DNA from: Lingula anatina
Lineage: Eukaryota > Animalia > Brachiopoda
Direction: 5' to 3'
DNA length: 64,000 nt
NCBI GenBank assembly: GCA_051362555.1
Contig: CM120642.1
Coordinates: 23,436,001 to 23,500,000 of the forward strand
Made by a program: the position numbers and the translations under genes. The notes under the pieces are model-generated. The model saw only the letters and a list, made by a program, of their open reading frames with translations. It ran no database searches and was not told where the DNA came from. Below, piece after piece: positions 50,892 to 64,000 of the stretch. The stretch's first letter is position 1. Each line of letters begins with the position of its first letter.

Positions 50892-53800
50892 CTTACCTAC
50901 TTCAAGTTTAAACCAAGGACTGTACTTCCAATTTTTCCAAATGATTAAAATATTAATAAAGTAATAATAGATCATGCAAGGATTTGCTTTTGATTTTCAC
51001 AATCTCGTGTTCCGATTTAGCTGCTTGAGTCACAAACCAAAAGGACAAATAAGTGCACGGAACACTATTTGAAAGTTAAGACTACGTCTTTAATATTTTC
51101 CTCCTTTTTTCGGATCTCAGCTCAATATTTAATTCAATTAAAACGCTCCTTGGACACTTCAAGGGAATTCAAAGTATTTTTAATTCATAAATTATGTTTA
51201 GAACAAAATGTCAAGATTTCGCCATTATGAGTGCGTGATCTCGAGTTTACGTATTCGTTTTACAACTAACACAGTAATAAAGTTTTGAGGCCTGGCAAAA
51301 CATAGTCAGGTAGTGGTAGACAGGCACATGGCTCATATTTCTCTAATAAAATGGACTAGCCACTAAATTTAGGAGGGCAATTTATGTTTTTCATGTTTAA
51401 TCATTCTATCTTAATGGCCAGCTGTGACAAATTAGTTGTCTGTATATAGGATGTTTATTTATTTATTTTATTTTATTTTTGCAAGCACAACTTCGGAAGC
51501 ATGCATGTTACCACTGGAAGATTCAGTATTTTGCGTCAGTTTAAAGGGTTCAGTATAATATATGTAGGGGGCAGATACGAAAAATAGTTTATGTACCTCT
51601 CTCCTTCGTTATTCTCAATTTGAGAAGGTGAAGGGGAGAACGGGGCACCTGAGTAATTAAGTGCCCTCCCTGGATCAACCAAAGGTCACCTGTGCTCACT
51701 TAAAACACGTTTTATTGCTTTACTCTAACCTTTCTTAGTGTTGTGTTAGAGGAAAATGTTTTTAAAATGCAATAAAAAGAAAAAAACAGCTCAATTTGTG
51801 TCCACAATCAAAAACTATTGAATACATAAATAAAATTGGTTAGTTTGACAAAAAAAGATAGTGTGTGTTATCAGCCTACGTTTAATTTATCCCAAAAAAA
51901 TTGCTGTTAAATACTATCTGACCTGAGAGTCCACGCTAATGGTCAGTATATTTTTTTTAAGTGACACTTCTCAACAACTATGACATAATGGTCACGTGAA
52001 CCTAGGCCGTCAAAATTGACGGTGTATCATTGGCGGGTCCAGCATGTCAAAGGTTAATAATACGCTAACATATTTTAGATATTAAAAAATGAAATAGTTA
52101 ATAACATGCTTACATATTGTAGATATTTAAAAAAAATTAAAAAGTTGACTTCAAAAAGTTAAAATTAATGCAAATCCAAGAAAATAAATTGCAGCTTCAC
52201 ATGGAAGCGATAGTTTAAACAGCTTTTTCTGTGGTCTAGTTAAAACTTGAAGCAAGATGCGTCAATGGATTTTCTAAATCCTTCAATGGTCGGATAAGAA
52301 ATATCTGGTCGGATTTTGATGAAACACCTGATAATCAGATTGTGTATGGCTTCCGCCTACTGACTGTCCTTGGTAGCTGTCCCTAATCTCGGGCGCGTAT
52401 ATACTAGCCGTTTCTGGAACGCATCTGTTCAGAGTTTAATTGCGAATGTTTCTGTTGGACAATGTTTGAAATTCGATTAAAATTACTTTTGAATTTTTAA
52501 TTGGCTAACTGCTCTCATGTTTAGGCCGAGAAAACTAGGTCCATGTAACTTACTGCACTCCACAAATACTTTATTTTCGTGTTCTTTCATTGAGGTAAGG
52601 CGACAAAACTTTAGATCAGTCTGACCTAACATCGGGCGTTTCCGTCTACGAGACCAAATGCTACATACTGTCCGGCTCCGTCCAGTTTATTAAAGTGGCA
52701 GTCTTTGCAAATGAGGTCAACTTGGAAGCCATCCAACCTAGTATAGTGCGAACGCACCGTCTTGTAGTGGCGTACGTTCTTTGTAGTGCTTCTGAAAGTT
52801 GAACGTTACGTGAATTAAAGCTATAATCTCCCGTTACTAATAATAATAAGAATTAGAATGATTAATTGAGAATTTTAATTTTCATTAAAAAAAATTAAAT
52901 GATCAGGGTCGCACGCGAAGGATGAGTGAATTTCAAAAAGAAGTTTTTGAAGGCAGACCTAGAAAACACGAAAGCAGGTTGTTTGCAACGTTTGGCGTTC
53001 TCATCTTAACGCTGACTGAAGGAAAAGTAAGATACTTATGATATTCCGGTAGAAAACGAAAAAGGCAATTCATTTTACTTTATAAAGATCACCAACATGA
53101 CCAAAGTTATTCTTAAAATATCCAGGGGGAATGTGATTTACATTCATAAGCTCTCTAAACTACTGTCTAACATTCACGTCAAAGGGTGCAATTAACTTAT
53201 TGGTGACGGGTGGCACATGACTACATATACGACATTTAGGGGGTTTTCCGAGATCGGGTTCAGGAGGATTACCTAGCTTACGCCACGGAATTAATCTCTG
53301 AGGGTCCATTTATTTTTATCAGATTCAACTTCACGTTAATTAGCCACGGGGAGTTATGAGATCAAAATGTATATCGGCTTACGTGTGCAGCAGGTGTGTC
53401 TATATAATAAACTGAATGATCTTTTCAAGGTAATCTGGAAAATACAAGACTGGGGTCTCCGTATCTTAACAGGTAGTTTGGATTATCTTCTGACGCACTG
53501 ACGACTTTAATCTGAATTTTGTAATTTCCAACTACTGGCATTATGTGAATGGGATTGTCATCGGCTTTTTACTCAAACTGTTGATTTCAATTGGTGACTA
53601 CTTAGTTCTAGTTATCTTGAAATTACTTTTTATCTAAGATCGAAAAGTACAAAGAGGTTGTACCCGGGAAACGATTTACGTCACCGACAGTCCCATTCAC
53701 AGTATGGGGAGGGGTTTATTTCAGATTTGCTACCATCTGGGTGTTATATAAAAATAATATTTTTTAAAGGTGCACAATATATTACAGCTCACACTATGTT

Positions 53801-55734
53801 CAATTCACGAAGAGGATGATGATTCAAACAAAAAAAAAAAAAAAAAAACAATGTTAGCCTCTAACTCTTTGAATTTTATTGCATAATGTACTAAGTTGTT
53901 AGAAAGAATCTCCAAATGCTATAGTAAAGGTAAATTAAACGACATTCATAGTCTACTAAAAACCACAACACTTAAGACAAAGAATATAAAAAAGGTAGAC
54001 TTCAAGCATCACACTATATTAGGATTTTATGCACACTTTTGCTTGGAATCAACATTTAGATCTTGAGGATGCACATGGAGATCCTATTTATAGTAAATTA
54101 TATATCCTTGTCTTCATTGTGTATCTGACACTCAGGACGAATAAAGTGTCTTTGAAGTCCTTAAATAGATAAAACGGAAATAACCATTGGAATTCAATGG
54201 AAAAATGACAAGTTGAGATCAATTGAAATTCATATAAAAGTGGTTATTTAGGTGAAAAAGGGCTTCCGTCTCATGACCTTTGACAAGAACATCTTGCATC
54301 ATTATGCTCTCACATGTGTTCGGAAATACTTTTACAGCTTGGCTAGCATTTGGGAGATCTCACTAATACGAATACACTACCCTCTACCAGAGCGACAGAT
54401 TGAATTTTCGCAGATATTCACAGATATGTCTCTAGATAAATAGACAGTCATTTTGGTCTGGATTTTTCCGTTTTTCCCTATATAATCTGCCACCGTGGTA
54501 GAGGGTACGAATAAACCGTCATATGATAAAAATGAATCCAATTGTTAATGTTAACTAAAGGAAATAAAATTTAAACGATATAATCACAGGACATTACGCA
54601 GAATATTAGACACGAAATGGTTGTTCAGATGCATAATTGCTGGTAGTTCTAAAGAAATATGTGAAAAACCGAAACTGAAACAATTTAACACTAACGATGT
54701 GTGTAGATTTCCAAACCATTAGTTAAAGTTTTTGGATAGAAATAAAGGACTGGATTAAAGGAAAATACAATTTTATTTTAGTTCTAGATTTCCTGGTGTG
54801 ATTTTAGGAATGCATTTAAGATAAACCTATCCCGATGCTTCAAGGTAAACTTTTCAGAATTTGAAAATGTATCATTGTAAAAATTAAACCAACGGCGACA
54901 CATAAAAATATTATCTTCTTTTTGACCAAGGTACGATGATTTTGTCATATATATATATAATGAGAGTGGGAGTTGATGCTTGTATCTGTAATTGTTTTGT
55001 CCGTGCACTGATTTACTGATTTTTAGTATCGGCAAAATATTTTACGGACAAGGAAATGAGTGTGTTGGTCTATTCAGTTGATATGCAAAAGGAAATAAGT
55101 CACATTTTCTTAGAGAAAAGCCATAAGGACATGTTTTGACCTCTGTAACACTGAACAAGCAGGCATTTCCGATTTACCTGTAGATATAGGCCTACTAGTA
55201 TCTATTCAGAGACATGTTACAAGTGACATGCAGTGCAAAAGATTTTCCGTTTATTCATCTCTTAAAGCAGACTGACAGCCTGTCCAGCGTAAATAACAAA
55301 GTGCACGCGCTTGTGTGCTCTTGTGCACGCATTCTAACCGAGGACACACACCCGCCCGAAACCCACTAACCGAGGACACACCTCCAACCGAGGACGTCCT
55401 CGGTTGACATAAGCAGTGGAATGCATAAAGGGGCCCATTTCAAGTTAGGTGGTGAAATTTGACGCTATTCTGAGCCAGTCCTCGGTTATGCTGTATAGCG
55501 CGGGCCAAATTCCCGCCACGAGTGTATCAGAAATACTGTCCAACTTTTTTGTCTGAAATCGGGCTATACACACGCGTCCTCGGTTGTGCTGTAAAGGGCG
55601 GACCAAATTCCGCGTCCTCGGTTGTGCTGTAAAGGGCAGACTAAACTGAAACTAATGTTATATCTCAGATGTCTATATATTCAGTAAGTTCATATTTTTA
55701 AACTAAAGGTCTTTTTTATCAAATTAAGCTCTCC

Positions 55735-55890
55735 TACTCTGAAGTATCAAATAAACGTACCGGTACGTTAATTAATTTTCCAAATTTCTTCCCGCCGGTA
55801 CGCTCCATTTTCACCCAGTAGCCTACGCTTATTAATTTTTCAAAAATCTTCCACCCGGTATGTTTATTAAATACCTATTGTACCGGTGGG
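55735..55890. mobile_element. Tc1/mariner-type MITE left end
   Basis: TA|ctctgaagtatcaaataaacgtac is the inverted match of gtacttttattcgatacttcagag|TA at 59054-59079. Confidence 0.55.
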
Positions 55891-56489
55891 AAATTACACA
55901 AGTACAAGTCACGCTTTTTGTTTTCTTAAATTGAAGTATAATGAGAAGAAAATCGAGATCTCAACTCATTACCTACTGTTCCACAAACAGCACTGGAAAG
56001 TAGGTCAAGCGGAAGTCGCTCTCTGAACACAACAGTACATGCGTTACCTGATTTCAGTTTCTATAAATAGACGTGCTTTCCCTTCAGCAGTGACAACTAC
56101 TCATGTATATCGATCGAATGATGCAATGTCGCAAGGTGATAGGATCATATTTATAGCTAAGGAGGTCATTTCAAGTGCAGCAAAGAAGTTGTGTCTGTTT
56201 TCAAACGTCAATTATTTCATGCCGATTTATGATTTAAACGATGTTAAATCACATTTCTATGTAAGATAAACCCTTAGGAGTTTACAGGTATGCAAAACGA
56301 ACCTTATATCTGAGAATAAATTTACTAGTATGAACCGTATGGCTCTCGGAGGCGGCTTAGGTGCGATATATCTGGGTCTTCGGCCCCTGACAATTATGAA
56401 ATTTAACTCATCCCGTTTTTAAGATAAATTTTAATACTGAGTGAATTTTACCTGGTGAATTTTTTTTTTTACAATGATCAATAGCTAGC

Positions 56490-56910
56490 TTTTTATGTAC
56501 AGACACAGTTGTGTCTGTACATATAGCCGTCATCTGCGTCTGTCGTCGCCGTCGCTGTCGCCGTCGTCGCCGTCGCCGTGCACTTTTACCGATAACACGA
56601 TAAGTGGAAAACTGTTTTTTCTTTTGGCTTGAAACTTACAGAACTGATGAATATTCGTAATACGCAGGTCAAGTTCGAAAATCAGCATGATCGGGTCACT
56701 TATAGGGAATTTATGCTGTTTTTTCACTTTTTTCAGCATATATGCAGCACCGATAACACGATAAGTGGAAAACCATTTTACCTTTTGGTTTCAAACTTAC
56801 AGAACTGATGAATATTCATAATACGCAGGTCAAGTTTGAAAATCAGTGTGATCGGGTCATTTTTAGGGAAGTAATGCTGTTTTTCACTTTTTTCAGCATG
56901 TATGCAACAC
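56490..56910 (+). mobile_element. Helentron-associated (HINE/DINE-like) element 5' module
   Basis: T-run, hairpin TATGTACAGACAC-agtt-GTGTCTGTACATA, (GTCGCC)n microsatellite, then ~170-bp tandem core repeats. Confidence 0.7.
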
Positions 56911-58291
56911 CTTTGTGCTATATGATGGTACTGTATGGATGGCAGTCTATAAAATTGTCCCTTGGGTGATCACTAATTAAATTAAGGTCTATAAAGTCAC
57001 TTGCCTACTCATTAATTTTCAATTGGCCATTAAATGAGATTACATAAAACACTCCTTGAGATTTCCCTGTAAAGTCCCATAGGTTTAGCTCTCTTAACTG
57101 TGTCACAAAATTAGGATTTGGTGATAATTGTGCAGATAAATGGTGTTAAACATTGCAAATAAATTTACAACAAAAAGAATGTGTTATGCCAACATGCTAT
57201 AGATGAATAACAGTGCTTTATTTTTCTCAAACTTGGTGGGGTTATTAATATCAAGTTAATACAGCTAGATTAAAAGTTTGAATAGCAGCTTTATTGAATT
57301 TTTTACGTTTTTTTTAATTTTTTTTTTTAATTATTTTTCAAACACTAGCATCTTCAAGATGTGATTTTTTACTCCCATCCACCAGAAGTGCTGTGCATTT
57401 TCTGTATTTTTGTATATAATTGTTATTTCTTCAGATTTAATTCTTAGGCATGTTAACAGTCTCATTATGGAACTAATAAGTTATGTGAAAGTGTTGTTTT
57501 GACATTTTCTGCTTCTTAACAATATTGTTGATTATATAAAAATGACGGTAAACCTGTTATAATATTGTGCATTGAGTAATAAAGTATCATAAATGGAAAG
57601 GAACTCATCATTGCAGTTTGTCAGATTTAATCATTCACTATGTTCAGCATCTGCAAATGGAGCAAATTGGACATTGAAAATTGTTCTATTGATAGTTTTC
57701 CTATGTCAACAATTTTCCTAGTTGAACATTTAAAAATGACAGTTTATTGATCATTTTGTTTTAAAAAAGGTGTTGAAAATGGAAAGAAAATCATTTCAGT
57801 ACAGTTATCTCTTGTTTACATTTTGGCATTTTGAAAGTGTGACTCTGAACTTCCATGGCCTTGAAGACCTTCCCAAATCACATTTTCTGAATATTCATGA
57901 TACTTTTATTTTTTTATAAAAAATTTGATGGTCATTATGCTGTTAAGTATTATGGTTTATTGCATGAAAGTTGAAGAAAACCCTATTTTGGACACTGCTG
58001 CCAGGATAGCGGTTAAGGGAAAACCATGTTACTTACGATACTGAAACTTACTGAAAAGTTTCATAAGACAGAAGTGCAGCTTGTGTTTGAAAACCAGTGT
58101 GATTGTTTTCTGTTTTTGAGGCAATGCAGGTTTATAGAGTGCTTTACTGGCATTTTCAAGTCGTGACTTATCACTCCCATCTGCCAGGAGCCCTGTACTC
58201 TTACTTTGTAACATTTTCTGTATTTTGTTAAGTAACAAGAATGATTCTTAGGATTGACATACAGCAAAAAAAAAAAATTAATAATAATAAT

Positions 58292-58349
<58 letters not shown>

Positions 58350-58443
58350 TAATGAGTTTAAGCAATTTTTTTTTTGTGTTTCATTTTCACTGTACCTCAT
58401 TCTGGCATTTCCAAAGTTTAACTCTTATCAGCCTGACACCTTA

Positions 58444-58663
58444 GGGACTATTTCCAGACCCTATCACGCTAACTGTGGATCGATCTATCTCCATGGGAAT
58501 TCTCGCTAAATTGCAATCAATGTAAGTGGCTTAGTTGTCTGTCACGCCTACTGAAACTGGCATGCCAGAATCCTAAGACTCTCAAACTGAAAGCAATTTA
58601 GTGAGAAACCCCTTGGAGTTGGATTGATCCTGTTAGATTGATCTAGGTATGGGAACTTAGTCT
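58444..58663. mobile_element. Inverted copy of the 6545-6801 foldback repeat
   Basis: gggactatttccagaccctatc...gatctaggtatgggaac is the diverged reverse complement of 6545-6801. Confidence 0.75.
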
Positions 58664-58917
58664 AATGCTTGATACACATTTTACTTTCATCCTAATCCAA
58701 TGTTATGCAGAATAGGAATTTGATTTTGGCTATGCATTTACAGTTAGCATAATACATTAGTTCATCAGAGTTGACAGTATCCTATTTCCTGCGTTTTTAT
58801 TTTCTGGTTTTTGTCTGTACATTTGACAGCTTTGCTGCCTTGTTTCTTTCTCTTCTTCTTCTTTACTTTTATTTATTTATTTCATTTTTTTTTGTTGGGG
58901 GGGGGAGCGGTGTAAAG

Positions 58918-59079
58918 GTTTTTTCCACCCAGTACTTTTATTCCATCCAGTACTTTTATTAAATTTCGAGATTTTTTCCACCCAGTACTTTTATTCCATC
59001 AGTACTTTTATTAAATTTTGAGATTTTTTCCACCCAGTACTTTTATTCCATCAGTACTTTTATTCGATACTTCAGAGTA
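58918..59079. mobile_element. Tc1/mariner-type MITE right end with 3x ~52-bp subterminal repeat
   Basis: ttttttccacccagtacttttattccatc repeated three times, ending gatacttcagag|TA. Confidence 0.6.
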
Positions 59080-61500
59080 GGCTTTTCATAAAACTCACAG
59101 AACTGATGATTATAAGTAAAAGAATGGTCAAGATTGAAAATCAGCATGACCAGGCCCTTTTCTTTCAAATGTTATGCTGTTTTTTTTTTTTTTCAGCATA
59201 TAAGTAACACTGTAAGCACATTTCAGGGAGAACCAATAAGCCTGTTTTCATGAAACTCACAGGAGTAATCAATGTTATCTATATACAAATCAAGTTTAAA
59301 AATAAGATTGATTGGTTGAGTTTTGAGGGACTTCAGCTTTTATTTGTATATAAGTGGTTTTCCTCAGATTTGATTGTCAGGCATGTTGACAGTTTCGTTA
59401 TTGAACTAACTAGATATATACAGTGTAAATATGTTAGTGTTTGTCTGAAATTTTCTGCATCTTTACAACATTGCTAGTTGATTAAATAAATATGACGGTA
59501 AACATGTTATCATGTACTGTGTAATACAGTGTCTCAAAATGGAGGAAATGGGGTGATTATTTTCAAAAGTTTTGCATTTTTTTTCTCCTTTTTTCAGTGT
59601 ACATGCAACACTGTAAACACACTTCAAGGAGAACCAATAGGCCTGTTTTCATGAAACTCAGAGAACTGATGATTATTAGTAAATTAAAAAGAATGATCAA
59701 GATTGAAAATCAGCATGACCAGGCCCTTTTCTTTCAAATGTTATGCTGGTTTTTTTTTTTCAGCATATATGTAACACTGTAAGCACATTTCAAGGAGAAC
59801 CAATAAGCCTGTTTTCATGAAACTCACAGAACTGATGATTATGAGTAAAAGAGTTGTCAAGATTGAAAATCAGCATGACCAGGCCCTTTTCTTTCAAATG
59901 TTATGCTGTTTTTTTAAGCATATAAGTAACACTAAGCACATTTCAGGAAGAACCGATAGGCCTGTTGTCATTAAACTCACAAGAGTGATCAATGTTATCT
60001 ATATACAAAGCAAATTTAAAAATAAGATAGATTGGTTGAGTTCTGAGGGACTTCAGCTTTTATTTGTATATAAGTGGTTTTCCTCAGATTTGATTGTCAG
60101 GCATGTTGACAGTTTCGTTATTGAATTAACTAGATATGTAAATATGTTAGTGTTTCTCTGAAATTGTCTGCATCTTTACAACATTGCTAGTTGATTATAT
60201 AAATATGACGGTAAACATGTTATCATGTACTGTCTCAAAATGGAGGAAATGTTGTGATTATTTTCAAAAGTTTTGCATTTTTTCTCCTTTTTTCAGTGTA
60301 CATGCAACACTGTTAACATATTTCAAGGAGAACCAATAAGCCTGTTTTCATGAAACTCACAGAACTGATGATTATTAGTAAAAGAATGGTCAAGATTGAA
60401 AATCAGCAAGACCAGGCCCTTTTCTTTCAAATGTTATGCTGTTTTTTTTTTTTTTTTTTTTTTTTTTCAGCATATATGTAACACTGTAAGCACATTTCAA
60501 GGAGAACCAATAAGCCTGTTTTCATGAAACTCACAGAACTGATGATTATGAGTAAAAGAATGGTCAAGATTGAAAATCAGCATGACCAGGCCCTTTTCTT
60601 TCAAATGTTATGCTGTTTTTTTAAGCATATAAGTAACACTAAGCACATTTCAGGAAGAACCGATAGGCCTGTTGTCATTAAACTCACAAGAGTGATCAAT
60701 GTTATCTATATACAAATCAAATTTAAAAATAAGATAGATTGGTTGAGTTCTGAGGGACTTCAGCTTTTATTTGTATATAAGTGGTTTTCCTCAGATTTGA
60801 TTGTCAGGCATGTTGACAGTTTCGTTATTGAATTAACTAGATATGTAAATATGTTAGTGTTTCTCTGAAATTGTCTGCATCTTTACAACATTGCTAGTTG
60901 ATTATATAAATATGACGGTAAACATGTTATCATGTACTGTCTCAAAATGGAGGAAATGGGGTGATTATTTTCAAAAGTTTTGCATTTTTTCTCCTTTTTT
61001 CAGTGTACATGCAACACTGTTAACATATTTCAAGGAGAACCAATAAGCCTGTTTTCATGAAACTCACAGAACTGATGATTATTAGTAAAAGAATGGTCAA
61101 GATTGAAAATCAGCAAGACCAGGCCCTTTTCTTTCAAATGTTATGCTGTTTTTTTTTTTTTTTTTTTTTTTTTTTTCAGCATATATGTAACACTGTAAGC
61201 ACATTTCAGGGATAACCAATAACTTAAAGCCTGTTTTCATGAAACTCACAGTACTGATGATTATTAGTAAAAGCATATTAGTAACACTGTAAGCACATTT
61301 CAGGGAGAACCGATAGGCCTGTTGTCATTAAACTCACAAGAGTGATCAATGTTATCTATATACAAATCAAATTTAAAAATAAGATTGATTGGTTGAGTTT
61401 TGAGGGACTTCAGCTTTTATTTGTATATAAGTGGTTTTCCTCAGATTTGATTGTCAGGCATGTAAACAGTCTCATTATTGAATTTACTAGATATGTAAAA
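59080..61500 (+). repeat. Higher-order tandem array (~707-bp unit built from ~165-175-bp monomers)
   Basis: Near-identical ORFs at 59817 and 60524 (offset 707); monomer aaactcacagaactgatg...tcaagattgaaaatcagc is related to the core at 56590-56910. Confidence 0.9.
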
Positions 61501-62651
61501 TGGGTTGTTTGACAATTTCTGCGTCTTGACAATATTGCTAGTTGATTATATAAAAATGGTGGTAAACCTGTTATCTTGTATTGTGTAAAAAAAGTGCCAA
61601 AATGGAAATGAACTCGTATCATTGTAGTTTGTCAGATTCAATCATTCACAATGTTCGGAATGGAGGAAATTGGACATTTAAACTTGTTATATTGATATTT
61701 TTGCCATCTCAACAATTTTCTTAGTTGATCATGTGAAATGGCAGTAAACTGTATTATTTTATGTAAAAAAGTTAAAAATGGAAAGAAACGCATTTCAGTA
61801 CAGTGCTCTCTTGTATACATTTAGCATTTTCAAAGTATGACTTTGGAGTTCCATGAACCTGAAAACCTTTGCTAGTCACATTTTCTGAATATTCATGATA
61901 CTAATATTTTATTATAAAAAATTGATGATCATTATGCTGTTAAGCATTAAATAATATTGCATCAAATTGGAAGAAAGCACAATTTTGGGTGCTGCTGGCA
62001 TGATGTCCTCAATTGTAAAATTGTGTACTGTTCAAGTCTGTATCCAATGGATGACACTTTGTGTTATCAAAATACAAAATTCATGATAATAAAAGAGTGC
62101 TAAATAGAAAATAAGCATTATGAAAATAAAATGTTTGAAAACGAATTTCTTTGGTCTTTTATTTTATTTCATCAGTATCCTTTCTTTTCCTAAATTAATT
62201 GATGTTTTATCTCATAATCTTCAATTCTAAAAAAGTGGCAAAGCCCAGCATTAAATATTGTATAACTGTTCATTTAATCATCACCTCTGGTGTTATTTTG
62301 GAATTTACCTTAAATATGAAAGAATTTCATAAAAATGTGAATTGCTGCAAAGTAACGCTATATAAAATTTGCTTTGCATTAAAAGTACAATCATTATTAC
62401 ATGTAGATGCATGCATGTCCTCGGTTGTAATGTGTAGTGTCTGTCCGTGTGTGTGTCCGTGTGTGTCCTCGGTTAGAATGTAAAATTCTTGTCAGCAAAA
62501 AATTAGTTTTTATAAAAAATTAATTTATAACATTCATACTCGAATAGATTTTACCCTAAATTGAATGTTTTTATTTTGATTTAACCAAGGAATAAGATGT
62601 CCTCGGTTGTATGGTGTTGTGCTGATGTCCTCGGTTGGTACACATAGACAA

Positions 62652-62654
<3 letters not shown>

Positions 62655-62691
<37 letters not shown>

Positions 62692-62708
62692 AAGAGAGAG
62701 AGAGAGAG
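62655..62708. repeat. (TG)n/(GA)n microsatellite
   Basis: Direct. Confidence 0.9.
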
Positions 62709-62981
62709 GCGGTGCGTTAATTTAGGGAGAGGTCACGTGACTAGACCCCCTCTCTCTTTTCCTATAAAGTCGCCTCGTAATCGATATCTCCCAGTTTACA
62801 AAAACGACTCGGAAAAAAGGAAAAAAGAAAAAAAGCAGCATAAGGCCTATCACAACGTTGAAAATAATCAGTGGAAAACAGACTACCAGCCCGGGTTAGC
62901 TGTAGCCCATTACATTGCATAGATACGACGCACTAGTCCCGGTATATCTAATATCAGATCTTGGCTGCATTAACAAACGAT

Positions 62982-63133
62982 ACAGGCCCGTAGCCAATAT
63001 TTTCAAAAGGGGAGTTCGTTTTCTGATAAAGTGGACCTTTTATCATGAAACCTTCATGTGCCTAGATAAAATTTTACACAGAAGGGACCTTTTCCTGGCA
63101 TTACCCCCCCCCCCCCCTCCGGCTGCGGGCCTG
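62982..63133. mobile_element. Copy of the CAGGCCCGTAGCC MITE
   Basis: caggcccgtagcc...ggctgcgggcctg; flanks CGATA/CAATA (5-bp TSD with one mismatch). Confidence 0.75.
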
Positions 63134-64000
63134 CAATATATAACTAATACAAATGTATAGGTAAAGAAATATCAATATTTCTCATTAGGCCATGTTCCTT
63201 GATCGTTAGTGTTATGTAAAGAATATCCCATTACCATAAAGTTTCTATGAGGCCTATTGATTCCAAAGGTTTTCAGGAGCATATACTTTATTATTTATCA
63301 TTATTTATCAAAGTATGAAAAACGTGATTAACTAAAACGTAATTGTACTAAAATAATAATTTCAAAAAATCTTTTCACCTCATTTTACTTCATTATACAT
63401 ACAACCGATCCCAAGGAATACATCCTTTCTGCTTGCCAGGATTTGATGACAAACTTCCATGGTTAAAAAACAATGGGCCGTTCAATTAATATGGGAATAT
63501 CTGAAGTTCAAGATTAATGGAAATATTTCTTTTATTTTTAGCGCAATAGAAAACAAAATAGAAATAGAAAACAGGTCCAATAAAATAAATAGTTGTAAAA
63601 ACTTCGCAAAAGAACTTTGTCGACGGGGATATCATCTTTGTTATCTTGTCAGTGCATGCAGATTTTCACTCGTTTTCATTTTAATGTGACTTCTCACATT
63701 AGTGAACAAAATCTATGGGTTTCTTTGGAAGTTATCCAGTATTTCGATTTATGCCGTGGGTTGGCTGGCGAAATCACCCGAGTTTGGGCCGCTCCAGACC
63801 TCTCCATAATTTAAATAGCAGTGCCACACCGTTTTACCCAGGTCTAATAACAGGTTTCGATAGACTTAACAAATGATATAGATACTGTTAAGGCACACGG
63901 AACAACCAAACTGTTTTAGGCTTGTAGTCACACCTTCCCAAATTACGGCTTTTTCATATTGCACGAAATCCATTCATTCATACCAACCACTCATGGCGCT

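Larger units (their letters stand above)
55330..62480. mobile_element. Putative large non-autonomous TIR element or its paired ends
   Basis: Perfect 22-bp IR cattctaaccgaggacacacac (55330-55351) vs 62459-62480; AACCGAGGAC motif repeated near both ends; no clean TSD. Confidence 0.5.

Noticed and set aside
52030-52057. piggyBac-like right end (cagcatgtcaaagg|ttaa)
   Set aside because: No matching left terminus found in the window
55735-59079. A single 3.3-kb mariner element spanning both matching TIRs
   Set aside because: Nesting conflicts with the Helentron-like array that starts between the ends and continues past the right end; reported as two separate ends
59250-60868. Repeated 75-114-aa ORFs (MKLTELMIMSK...)
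   Set aside because: Chance frames in satellite monomers, broken by variable T-runs
58918-61500. CRISPR-like regular repeats
   Set aside because: Eukaryotic context, no unique spacers, no cas genes; ordinary tandem repeats

Overview
AT-rich, intron-rich animal genomic DNA. It looks like an invertebrate, probably lophotrochozoan or mollusc, but the species cannot be fixed from sequence alone. By manual translation and GT-AG phase checking I can assemble six spliced genes: the 3' end of GPCPD1 (+), an EF-hand rhomboid protease (+), FBXL6 (+), a PLP-dependent class-V lyase of the Egt2/isopenicillin-N-epimerase/L-cysteine-desulfhydrase type (+), RPS5 (-), and a DIPK1/FAM69 kinase-like gene (+) head-to-head with RPS5. 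The 9-kb first intron of FBXL6 and the last ~13 kb are dominated by nested non-autonomous transposons, LINE remnants, tandem duplications and a higher-order satellite. The best leads are: a duplicated, frame-incompatible (mutually exclusive) exon pair in the GPCPD1 catalytic domain; a DIPK1 protein that has lost its predicted catalytic residues and may carry a 12-nt microexon; the uncharacterised C-S lyase-like gene; duplicated 'decoy' splice acceptors in FBXL6; and a Penelope-type hammerhead remnant. Homology calls come from recognised motifs and remembered family sequences, not from database searches.
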